From the NCBI GenBank assembly GCA_017460265.1, contig JAFUBJ010000117.1, positions 1 through 25,955 of the forward strand: a stretch of 25,955 nt of DNA, given 5' to 3'. This document shows positions 7,223-14,545 of the stretch, in pieces. Every line of letters starts with the position of its first letter. The first letter of the stretch is position 1. The notes beneath the pieces are model-generated. The model searched no databases, had not been told where the DNA came from, and worked only from the letters and a program-made list of their open reading frames with translations. The position numbers and the translations under genes are program-made. This stretch comes from Atopobiaceae bacterium. Its GTDB lineage: Bacteria > Actinomycetota > Coriobacteriia > Coriobacteriales > Atopobiaceae.

Positions 7223-8792
7223 GGCGTTCTCCGCCTCGCTGTCGCAGCTCTCCGGCCGCATGAGGGCAATGCTCGAGGCCGAGCTCCTGGAGGTCGACTA
7301 CTCGGACGTCGCCGAGGCGCGCGAGCAGGTCGTGGAGATCATGGAGACCTACTGCGGCCTCTCGGCTGACGCGGCTTCCGAGATCGCGGTCGAGTTCTAC
7401 GACGGCATCCGCGAGGCCCACCTGGGCGAGAGGCTCGGGGCCGAGCCCGCAGTGTCGCGCAGGCCGGGGGGCATCGAGGGGGCCGTGAGGGCCTTCGCAC
7501 AGGACCTGGCGGACGGAAAGCCGCCCGAGCGGTTCCGGCGCAAGTGCCTGGACAGGCTCGACTACGAGACGCGCCTGGCCGCGAACGAGTGCGTTCGCGC
7601 CAACGCGGAGCGCGACCCGGCCAGGCCGCGCTACGCGCGCGTCCCCTCTGGAAACGAGACGTGCAGGTTCTGCATCATGCTGGCATCGCGAGGCTTCGTG
7701 TACCGCTCCGAGGGGCTCGCCTGGCACGCCCACGCGAACTGCGACTGCGTCATCGTGCCCGGCTTCGAGGGGATGACCGAGGTCGAGGGGTACGACCCGG
7801 AGTACTACAGGGACTGCTACGCGCATCCCGAGAACCACCCCGAGATCCGCGAGGCCCTCAACGCTCGCAGGCGCGAGCTGTACGCGGAGAGCGTCAAGTC
7901 GGAGCGCAAGTCTGCCCGCAAGGTGGCTAAGGCGGAGGAGGCAGAACGACGCAGGGTCGCAGCTCTCAGCGACGAGGCTAAGGTCGTCTTCGGGAGCAAG
8001 CAGTTCGTCGATACGTTCGGAAATGCCACTGCCAGTCGCACTGAATCGGCTATCGATGATGCCATGAAGTCAGAGGACGGCCGCCGCATCAATGCGGCCA
8101 AACTGCTCTCCAGGGATATCGAGGATGGCTTCGATATCGAGCTGACCGCCACTGGCGGGAGCAAGTACCTGACCGGCACAGGAAATGTCAAGCTCGACAA
8201 GGACGGCGCGTCATCCGTGAGGACCATCGCGCACGAGCTGGCCCACAGGCGAGACGAACTGAGCGCGCTCAGCTATACCGTGAGCAAGATCGGCCGCGAT
8301 GGCCCAGTCGAGCTTCCGAGAACGACCTCGACGGGCAGCTGGTCGTCCATGGACTTCGAGCATGGCAACTGGACGCTCGCGTCGAGATTCGAATTGAATA
8401 AGAGCGGCGTCACGCCCGCATGGAAGGCCCTCAAGAAGCGGCTGGGGGTGAAGAGCGATGATGAGGCTAAGGCGAAGCTGGTCCAACTTCGCAAGAAGGC
8501 AGGTTTGAGCAAGAATGATGCCGAAAGCTTGTCTGATATCGTCCAGGCCGCAAGCGACGGCAAGGTGAGTCTCGGCTATGGTCACGACTATCGCAAGGAT
8601 GTCGACGGCAACGTCATTTTCGACGAGAACGGCAAGCCTGTACCGTACTGGAACGACACCACCCGCGCCATCGAGACGTGGGCGGACTACAGCGCCTCGC
8701 TTGTGACTAATGGGCGCGAGGCCAGGCTCATACAGGAACTTTTCCCCGACGAATGCGCTATCATGGACGCGATGATGGAGGTGATGGTCTGA
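7194..8792 (+). CDS. Long MuF-type minor head protein with C-terminal zincin (HExxH) metallopeptidase-like domain; candidate polymorphic toxin
   Basis: GGAGG RBS before ATG 7194. MuF core RYARVP..TCRFCIMLASRG..HAHANCDCVIVP; HELAH at 8232-8246; SDI..GYGH..YW..ETWA downstream. GC drops in the 3' half. Confidence 0.85.
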   Translation: MQTIPASWVRAFSASLSQLSGRMRAMLEAELLEVDYSDVAEAREQVVEIMETYCGLSADAASEIAVEFYDGIREAHLGERLGAEPAVSRRPGGIEGAVRAFAQDLADGKPPERFRRKCLDRLDYETRLAANECVRANAERDPARPRYARVPSGNETCRFCIMLASRGFVYRSEGLAWHAHANCDCVIVPGFEGMTEVEGYDPEYYRDCYAHPENHPEIREALNARRRELYAESVKSERKSARKVAKAEEAERRRVAALSDEAKVVFGSKQFVDTFGNATASRTESAIDDAMKSEDGRRINAAKLLSRDIEDGFDIELTATGGSKYLTGTGNVKLDKDGASSVRTIAHELAHRRDELSALSYTVSKIGRDGPVELPRTTSTGSWSSMDFEHGNWTLASRFELNKSGVTPAWKALKKRLGVKSDDEAKAKLVQLRKKAGLSKNDAESLSDIVQAASDGKVSLGYGHDYRKDVDGNVIFDENGKPVPYWNDTTRAIETWADYSASLVTNGREARLIQELFPDECAIMDAMMEVMV

Positions 8793-9013
8793 TGAAGTAC
8801 GAATATGAAAAGATGAGCAGCGACGAGATCGATGAGCTTTATTACGACGTCTTCGGTGACTACTTTTTCCAAAACATCAACGACCACACCGACCACCGCC
8901 AGGAGATCATCGACTGCATCGAGTCAGGAGTCCCGCAGGGTATTCTTACGAGTAAGACCGTTGGTGGCTGGACCGAGGAAGACGGTATCCCCGGCGTGGA
9001 CTTCGTCTTGTAG
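8792..9013 (+). CDS. Small acidic protein; candidate immunity protein for the MuF C-terminal domain
   Basis: TGATG-coupled to MuF; 73 aa, Asp/Glu-rich, low GC. Confidence 0.65.
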   Translation: MKYEYEKMSSDEIDELYYDVFGDYFFQNINDHTDHRQEIIDCIESGVPQGILTSKTVGGWTEEDGIPGVDFVL

Positions 9014-9021
9014 GAGCCATC

Positions 9022-9390
9022 ATGCGCGACTATGTCCTGATGCGCCAGGTTCTGGCTGCGGCCGTCGCCCACGGACCTGACGACGGCATTGCCGACTTCT
9101 TCAGCCTCGGGGACTCCAGGGCAGTCGAGGCTGAGCTCGCTCGCCTGTCCTCTGACGGCCTTCTGGAGGCGACTCTGAGCTATGACTCCTTCGGTTGTCT
9201 TACAGGATGCGATGTGGGCAGCCTCACCGACGAGGGCGCCGTCTTCTTCCGCCTGGTTGAGAATGCGGACGTATGGCGGATCGTCCACTCTACTCTCAAG
9301 GCTGCGGATGTGGACATCTCCTATCCGCTCCTCAAGGAGGTCTGCGAGGAGATCGTCAAACGCTACGTCATGAAGTTCATCCCGGAGTAA
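9022..9390 (+). CDS. DUF2513-like winged-helix protein
   Basis: MRDYVLMRQVL...SLTDEGAVFFRLVENADVWRIV...ISYPLLKE matches the DUF2513 layout (from memory); AGGAG RBS. Confidence 0.65.
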   Translation: MRDYVLMRQVLAAAVAHGPDDGIADFFSLGDSRAVEAELARLSSDGLLEATLSYDSFGCLTGCDVGSLTDEGAVFFRLVENADVWRIVHSTLKAADVDISYPLLKEVCEEIVKRYVMKFIPE

Positions 9391-9417
9391 TTCCTATTTT
9401 CAGGAGAACGGCTTTAC

Positions 9418-9437
9418 GGGCCCCTCGGGGCCCTTTT
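9418..9437 (+). terminator. Intrinsic terminator-like hairpin GGGCCCC-TC-GGGGCCC-TTTT
   Basis: GC stem plus T4 tract after the DUF2513-like gene. Confidence 0.65.
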
Positions 9438-9467
9438 CCATGACCATCGACAGGGAGGGGAGACGGA

Positions 9468-9659
9468 ATGGCTGAGATGACAATCAGGGAAGACCTGGTG
9501 GAGGTCGGCGAGGCAGAGCGGAGGGATCCGGGGTCACCCAGCGCATCAGACGTCAGGGACGAGCTGAGGAGCTTCGTCATCCGCACCGCCAGGAAGGGCG
9601 GGGCGGCGACCCCCGCCGAGCTGGACGCCATGGCGAGGGTCGCCGAGCTGGTCTGCTAG
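9468..9659 (+). CDS. Small hypothetical protein (63 aa), + member of a convergent pair
   Basis: GGGAGGGGAG RBS; DELRSFVIRTARK...ELDAMARVAELV. Confidence 0.65.
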   Translation: MAEMTIREDLVEVGEAERRDPGSPSASDVRDELRSFVIRTARKGGAATPAELDAMARVAELVC

Positions 9660-9829
9660 GCCAGGGAGGCGTTGAGCTCCCTTAGCTTTTCGAAGACCGT
9701 GGCGAGGAAGGCCGCCGTGGCATCGGGGTCGTGTATCACGACAGGGGCCTTGTCGCCGGCGCTGCCGACCACGGATTCCGTGATCTCGGCAGCCATCTTC
9801 AGCAGATCAGACTCTTCGAATCGCGTCAA
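9656..9829 (-). CDS. Small hypothetical protein on the minus strand (moron-like)
   Basis: Strong AAGGAGG RBS on the - strand fits a TTG start at 9829 (MTRFEESDLLKMAAEIT...FLATVFEKLREL); candidate -10 TAAACT at 9859-9854. Confidence 0.7.
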   Translation of the reverse strand: MTRFEESDLLKMAAEITESVVGSAGDKAPVVIHDPDATAAFLATVFEKLRELNASLA

Positions 9830-9864
9830 TCGAATCACCTCCTTCCGGAGGCAAGTTTAGGAAA

Positions 9865-9886
9865 GAGGGCCCCGGCAAGGGGCCTC
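9865..9886. terminator. GC hairpin GAGGGCCCC-GGCAA-GGGGCCTC, possibly bidirectional
   Basis: Stem with one bulge; GGAAAG upstream (T-rich on the - strand) and ATTC downstream. Confidence 0.45.
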
Positions 9887-9917
9887 ATTCATGACAATCG
9901 AGAGAGGTGAGAGGGAG

Positions 9918-10124
9918 ATGTCCGACAACAAGGCGGCGCCGCGCAGCGGCGGCCTCGGCTTCATGAGCTTGCTGGGGCTGCTCTTCATCGGCCTCAAGCT
10001 GGCAGGGCTCATCGACTGGGAGTGGTGGGTCGTGCTGTCGCCCCTGTGGGGGACGGTCTTCTTCTGGCTCGCCGTTCTCGTCGCTGCCTGGCTAATCTTG
10101 CAGGCGAAGGACGACTGGTCGTAA
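9918..10124 (+). CDS. Small two-helix membrane protein (GGLGF..LLF..LKL.G.IDW.WW.VLSPLW family)
   Basis: GAGGGAG RBS; two hydrophobic segments with a Trp-rich loop. Confidence 0.8.
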   Translation: MSDNKAAPRSGGLGFMSLLGLLFIGLKLAGLIDWEWWVVLSPLWGTVFFWLAVLVAAWLILQAKDDWS

Positions 10125-10163
10125 GACAAACGCAATACGGCGTCGTACGCCATCAGGTGAATC

Positions 10164-10185
10164 GGGCCCCGCACGGGGCTCTTTT
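10164..10185 (+). terminator. Intrinsic terminator-like hairpin GGGCCCC-GCAC-GGGGCTC-TTTT
   Basis: 7-bp stem with one G-U pair, plus T4. Confidence 0.65.
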
Positions 10186-10195
10186 CATATCGGCC

Positions 10196-10277
10196 CGCAT
10201 GAGCCCGAAATCATGCGACCCACCTACCGCGCGCAGGGACAGCGCGCGCCGACACCGGCTGGGGCCGGGGGAAGGAG
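10196..10277 (+). promoter_or_regulatory. Structured leader of the scaffold/capsid genes (three stem-loops)
   Basis: CGCATGA/TCATGCG (10196-10217), CGCGCGC/GCGCGCG (10228-10248), CCGGC/GCCGG (10255-10268), then GAAGGAG RBS. Confidence 0.45.
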
Positions 10278-10283
10278 TCCGGA

Positions 10284-10760
10284 ATGGACCCGAAGGAAGA
10301 CACTCCGCAAGAGGAGGGCACCAAGCAGGCGCAGAGCCCCTCAGCTGAGGGCTCTGGCCAGGAGCGCACCTTCACCCAGGACGAGGTGAACGCCATCGTC
10401 CAGGAGCGGCTCAAGAAGGAGCGCGCGAAGTACGAGGGGTACGAGGAGTACAGGGCGAAGGCCGAGCAGGCCGATGGCATGGCCGAGCAGATGGCCTCCC
10501 TCGAGGCCGAGCGCGACGCGCTCGCAGCGGAGAAGGCGCATCGCGAGCTCGTCGCGAAGGTCGCAGCCGAGGCGGGGCTTCCCGCCGAGGTGGTGTCCCT
10601 GCTCTCGGCCACGGAGGAGGATGCGCTCGCCGAGCAGGCGGCGCTCCTGAAGGCCCAGGTGCCCGCGCACCCCGCAAGGACAGACGATGGCGGCGGCAAG
10701 GCCGCCGCGCCCAGGACGGCGGCGCAGATGTTCGCCGATTCCCTGGGCGACATTCTCTAG
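10284..10760 (+). CDS. Capsid scaffolding protein (DUF4355-like)
   Basis: RTFTQDEVNAIVQERLKKERAKY motif, coiled coil, directly before the capsid gene. Confidence 0.9.
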   Translation: MDPKEDTPQEEGTKQAQSPSAEGSGQERTFTQDEVNAIVQERLKKERAKYEGYEEYRAKAEQADGMAEQMASLEAERDALAAEKAHRELVAKVAAEAGLPAEVVSLLSATEEDALAEQAALLKAQVPAHPARTDDGGGKAAAPRTAAQMFADSLGDIL

Positions 10761-10773
10761 GAAGGAGGGCACA

Positions 10774-11652
10774 ATGCCCACCGACATCAACCGCGCAACG
10801 ACCAACGTCATCCTCGACCCCGAGGTCTCCGGCGAGATCTGGGCGAAGACCATCGAGGAATCCGCGTTCATGCAGCTCGCCCGCAAGATCTCCATTCCCG
10901 GCCCCGGCGTCAAGGTGCAGACCATCGCCGGCGAGCCGACCGCCGACTGGGTCGACGAGACGAACCTCAAGCCCATCTCGACGCACTCGTTCGACAAGAA
11001 GGTCATCACGCCGTACAAGCTCGCGGTCATCGAGCCGTTCTCCGAGGAGTTCCGACGCGACAAGAAGGGCCTCTACGAGGAGTGCAAGAACCGCCTTCCC
11101 TACGCCCTGTCCAGGAAGTTCGACGAGACCATCATGGGCACCACCGCGCCCGGCACCGGCTTCGACGTCCTGGGCGGCGCGTCCACCACGTCCATCAAGC
11201 CCGCGGGCAACGTCACCGTCTACGACAAGTTCGTTGCCGTCGACGCCGCGATCTCCGCTGCCGACGGCATCATGGATGGCATTGCCCTCGCCCCGCAGGG
11301 CAAGAGCATCGTCATCGGAGCCGTGGACAACGTCGGCCACCCGGTGTTCACCGCGGGGGTCGGCTCAGGCACCGTGGGCAACATCCTGGGCGCCCCTGTG
11401 GCCGTCAAGAAGGGTGTCTACAAGGCCGGCACCCCGGCTATCGTCGGCATCGCGGGCGACTTCTCCAATGCCGTCTACGGCACTGTCGAGGGCATCAAGA
11501 TGTCCATCTCCGACCAGGCGACGCTCGTCGACGGCGACAAGGTCATCCCGCTGTTCCAGTCCAACATGTTCGCCGTGCGCTTCGAGATCGAGGTCGCGTT
11601 CGCGGTCAAGGACGTCAACCAGTACATGCTGCTCACCAACGCGACGGAGTAG
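10774..11652 (+). CDS. Major capsid protein (HK97 fold)
   Basis: 292 aa; AFMQLARKI, ADWVDE, PYKLAVIEPFSEEF, LFQSNMFAVRFEIEVAF; AAGGAGG RBS. Confidence 0.95.
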   Translation: MPTDINRATTNVILDPEVSGEIWAKTIEESAFMQLARKISIPGPGVKVQTIAGEPTADWVDETNLKPISTHSFDKKVITPYKLAVIEPFSEEFRRDKKGLYEECKNRLPYALSRKFDETIMGTTAPGTGFDVLGGASTTSIKPAGNVTVYDKFVAVDAAISAADGIMDGIALAPQGKSIVIGAVDNVGHPVFTAGVGSGTVGNILGAPVAVKKGVYKAGTPAIVGIAGDFSNAVYGTVEGIKMSISDQATLVDGDKVIPLFQSNMFAVRFEIEVAFAVKDVNQYMLLTNATE

Positions 11653-11654
11653 CC

Positions 11655-11825
11655 ATGATGGAGATGAGGGCTCCGAACGGAGTGGTCATCCGGGCATCCG
11701 AGGATGCTGCAGCCAGGATGGCGGACATGGGCTTCGAGCGCGTCGCGCGAGAGCCCGCCAAGCCCGCCGAGGAGAGGGCCGAGCCCAAGGCCGCAAAGCC
11801 GAGGGCGAAGAAGGCCCGCAAGTAG
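11655..11825 (+). CDS. Small post-capsid protein (Lys/Ala/Pro-rich tail)
   Basis: 56-aa ORF in the typical position after the major capsid gene. Confidence 0.7.
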   Translation: MMEMRAPNGVVIRASEDAAARMADMGFERVAREPAKPAEERAEPKAAKPRAKKARK

Positions 11826-11836
11826 GGAGGTGGCCC

Positions 11837-12220
11837 ATGGCCTACGCGGAAGTCCCGGACTACGAGGCCCTCTACGGGGCCGTGGGAGACCAGGGCATGC
11901 TCGAGGCCAAGCTGGGGGCGTGCTCGGTCGTCATCGACGCCGAGCTCGCCTCCCATGGCCGAAGCGCCGAGGGGGTATCCGACGCGCTGCTGCGCCTGGT
12001 CTGCTGCCAGATGGTCGAGCGGCTCATGCCCGCCGCCGGGTCGGACGTGCCGACCGGCGCGACCTACATGAGCGAGACGGTCGGCCCCTACACGCACGGA
12101 TATTCGTTCAAGGAGCCCTACGGCTCCCCGAGGATGCGCGACGACGAGCTGCGACTGCTCCTGGGCCAGGGCTCGGGGGCCCGCATGGCCTGGGCGCCGA
12201 TTGGGGGCGGCCATGAGTAG
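11837..12220 (+). CDS. Head-to-tail adaptor (Gp19/Gp15/Gp42-like)
   Basis: MAYAEVPDY...LVCCQMVERLM...SETVGPYTHGYSF; GGGAGG RBS. Confidence 0.85.
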   Translation: MAYAEVPDYEALYGAVGDQGMLEAKLGACSVVIDAELASHGRSAEGVSDALLRLVCCQMVERLMPAAGSDVPTGATYMSETVGPYTHGYSFKEPYGSPRMRDDELRLLLGQGSGARMAWAPIGGGHE

Positions 12221-12560
12221 GTGGCCGCCCGCGGTCTCGGCGACCGTGCTCTCTCCCGCAGACGGCGCGGCAGACCCCTTCGGCCACACGGCAGACGGCT
12301 GGGCCGAGGTCTGGCATGGCGAGGTAGTCCCGGCGCCCGCCACGGGCGCCGATGTCGAGGCGTCCAACCGCCCCGACGGCACGCGCGCAGACCTGACGCT
12401 GCACTTCCCGGAGTGTTGCGACGTCGCGCTCCGGGGATGCCGGGTGATGCTGGGCGCGCCCTACGGCGGCCCGTACGAGGTCATCGGGAACCCGATGCCC
12501 TACGGCAAGCCGCTCGTGGGGTACCGCATGCCCGCCGACGTGAGGATGGTGGAGGGCTGA
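12213..12560 (+). CDS. Head closure/stopper protein
   Basis: ADPFG...TLHFPE..LRGCRVML..PYEVIGNPMPY; position. Confidence 0.8.
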   Translation: MSRWPPAVSATVLSPADGAADPFGHTADGWAEVWHGEVVPAPATGADVEASNRPDGTRADLTLHFPECCDVALRGCRVMLGAPYGGPYEVIGNPMPYGKPLVGYRMPADVRMVEG

Positions 12561-12817
12561 TGGCCGTGAGATACAAGCCGAGCGCAGTAGGCTCGACGCA
12601 GCTGCTCAACAGCCCGGAGATGATCGCGGGCATAGACGCCATCGTCCAGGGCATCGCGGCGCGCGCCAACGCGATGAACCATCACGGCGGCGAGTACGTC
12701 GCCGACACCCGGCCCGGCCGCAGGCGCTGCCACGGCATGGCCAAGACGGGAGACATCCACGCGATAGTCGACAACACGTACCACAACACGCTGCTCAAGG
12801 CGATGGGAGGCGGCTGA
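12560..12817 (+). CDS. Tail completion protein (HK97 gp10-like position)
   Basis: TGATG coupling; LLNSPEM...NTLLKAMGGG. Confidence 0.75.
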   Translation: MAVRYKPSAVGSTQLLNSPEMIAGIDAIVQGIAARANAMNHHGGEYVADTRPGRRRCHGMAKTGDIHAIVDNTYHNTLLKAMGGG

Positions 12818-13161
12818 TGGACGCAGAGGCGCATGTCATCGCATACCTGTCCGAGGCGCTCGGCGTGCGCGTGTCGGCGGACGTCCCGCCCGACAGGCCG
12901 GACGAGCTCGTCACCGTGGAGCAGCTGGGCGCCCAGTACGGCGACCACGCGCTCATCGGGCACCCGTCGCTCGCCATCCAGTCCTGGGCGCCGACGCGCT
13001 ACCGGGCTGCGGAGCTCGCCAGGGGCGTGCACGAGGCCATGATGGCCCTGCCGCTCGCCGGCGGCCCCGTCACGCACGTCTCGCCCTCGGGCCCCTACAA
13101 CTTCCCCACGAGGGAGCACCCCCGCTACCAGGCGGCGTACACCCTCACCACACACGAGTAA
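12817..13161 (+). CDS. Tail terminator
   Basis: VSADVPPDRPDELVTVEQLG...SLAIQSWAPTRYRAAELA...RYQ pattern. Confidence 0.85.
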   Translation: MDAEAHVIAYLSEALGVRVSADVPPDRPDELVTVEQLGAQYGDHALIGHPSLAIQSWAPTRYRAAELARGVHEAMMALPLAGGPVTHVSPSGPYNFPTREHPRYQAAYTLTTHE

Positions 13162-13174
13162 GGAGGCGGCCAAC

Positions 13175-13771
13175 ATGGCTACCAACGCATCCAAGGTCAA
13201 CATCGGCCTTGCCGACTACACGACGGGGGCGGTCACCCACGGCCCCGTCATCACCGGGAACATCCCCGACACCCTCGCCAAGGCCGAGACCGCCACGAGC
13301 GGCTTCGCCAAGAGCGGGTACTGCGACGAGGCCGGCCTGGAGATGTCGATGGACTACTCCACAAACGACCTCAAGGAGTGGAACGGCGCGACGGTGCGCA
13401 AGCTGCTCGAGTCCTTCGACGGCAGCTTCACGTTCAACCTCATGCAGGCGTTCTCCTACGAGGACGCGTGCATCGCCTTCGGCGAGGAGAACGTCACCAA
13501 GACCGCCGCGACCTCCACGAAGGGCGAGCAGCTCCACATCAAGGTGGGTGCGCACCTGCCCGAGCGCCAGGCGTGGTGCTTCAACATGAAGGACGGCGAC
13601 ACCGCCATGAAGGTGCTCGTCCCGTGCGGTCAGGTGACCTCGCTCGACTCCATCACCTTCGTGGCCAACGACGCCATCAAGCTCCCCGTCACGGTGAGCT
13701 GCTACGACGATGGCAGCGGCACGGGCGATTCCATCCACATCTACACCGACGACGGAAAGACGAGCGCCTAG
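13175..13771 (+). CDS. Major tail (tube) protein
   Basis: 198 aa; GYCDEAGLEM...DLKEWNGATVRK...VTVSCYDDGSG..IHIY; AAGGAGG RBS. Confidence 0.92.
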   Translation: MATNASKVNIGLADYTTGAVTHGPVITGNIPDTLAKAETATSGFAKSGYCDEAGLEMSMDYSTNDLKEWNGATVRKLLESFDGSFTFNLMQAFSYEDACIAFGEENVTKTAATSTKGEQLHIKVGAHLPERQAWCFNMKDGDTAMKVLVPCGQVTSLDSITFVANDAIKLPVTVSCYDDGSGTGDSIHIYTDDGKTSA

Positions 13772-13792
13772 CGCACTTGGAGGGGATGCCGG

Positions 13793-14110
13793 ATGTTCGA
13801 GTTAGGGAACAGGGACCAGTACATCGAGGTTCTGGTGCAGGGCGAGGACGAGCCGCGCCGGCTGCCGCTCGCCGGATCGATGTCGGTGAGCGATGGCATG
13901 GCGTTCGCCAAGGTCGACCGACTGCCGAAGGCGAAGAGGGACGAGGCGATGATGGACATCATCCTCGAGTTCTTCCGCAAGCACCTCGGCGACGACGTCG
14001 TCGACTCCATGAGCATGTCCGACTTCGAGGCCCTCGCCGAGGTTTGGCAGGGGGCGTCGGACGGGGAAGGCGTCGGCGCGGGGGAATCGCAAGCCTCGCC
14101 GCAGTCATAG
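13793..14110 (+). CDS. Tail assembly chaperone (gpG-like)
   Basis: 105 aa between the major tail and tape measure genes. Confidence 0.85.
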   Translation: MFELGNRDQYIEVLVQGEDEPRRLPLAGSMSVSDGMAFAKVDRLPKAKRDEAMMDIILEFFRKHLGDDVVDSMSMSDFEALAEVWQGASDGEGVGAGESQASPQS

Positions 14111-14544
14111 CAGACCACGGCGGGGCGCTCGAGCACGACCTCATGCGCATGACCCGCTTCACGCTGGACGACCTGGGAGGGGCGCTCTCTTGGAGGGCGC
14201 TCCTCCACTTCGTGCGCTACCTGGGCGGGGAATCCGCCCTCAAGCGCGAGGTGGATCCACCGGGCGAGGAGGAGCAGTGGGCGTCGGGCGCGCTCGTGGC
14301 ACCGCTGCTCGCGGACGTCATCGACGCCATCAACTGGTTCAACTGGTCGTTCATCGCTGCCAACTCGAAGAAGGGCCGCAAGCCGAAGCGGCCGAAGCCC
14401 GTGCGCAGGCCGTGGCTCACCGACGAGCAGCTCGGCGTCCGACGCGTCGGGCGGGGAGGGATCCCCGTCCAGGACTTCGACGCCTGGTGGGAGTCCCGCA
14501 TGAGCAAGGCACGAAAGCGCTCCAGGAAGAGGAAGGGGGCATAG
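13793..14544 (+). CDS. Tail assembly chaperone, -1 frameshift product (gpGT-like)
   Basis: The -1 frame is open from the slippery site: GGIASLAAVIADHGGALEHDLMRMTRFTLDDLGGALSWR...KPKRPKPVRRP. Confidence 0.8.
14080..14126 (+). promoter_or_regulatory. -1 ribosomal frameshift signal: G GGG GAA plus downstream hairpin
   Basis: Slippery heptamer 14080-14086; 9-bp stem GCCTCGCCG (14093-14101) / CGGCGGGGC (14118-14126). Confidence 0.8.
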
Positions 14545-14545
14545 C

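Noticed and set aside
13378-14544. 388-aa ORF as a stand-alone gene
   Set aside because: The 5' part overlaps the major tail and chaperone genes out of frame; only the part after 14080 looks protein-like and is explained by the -1 frameshift.
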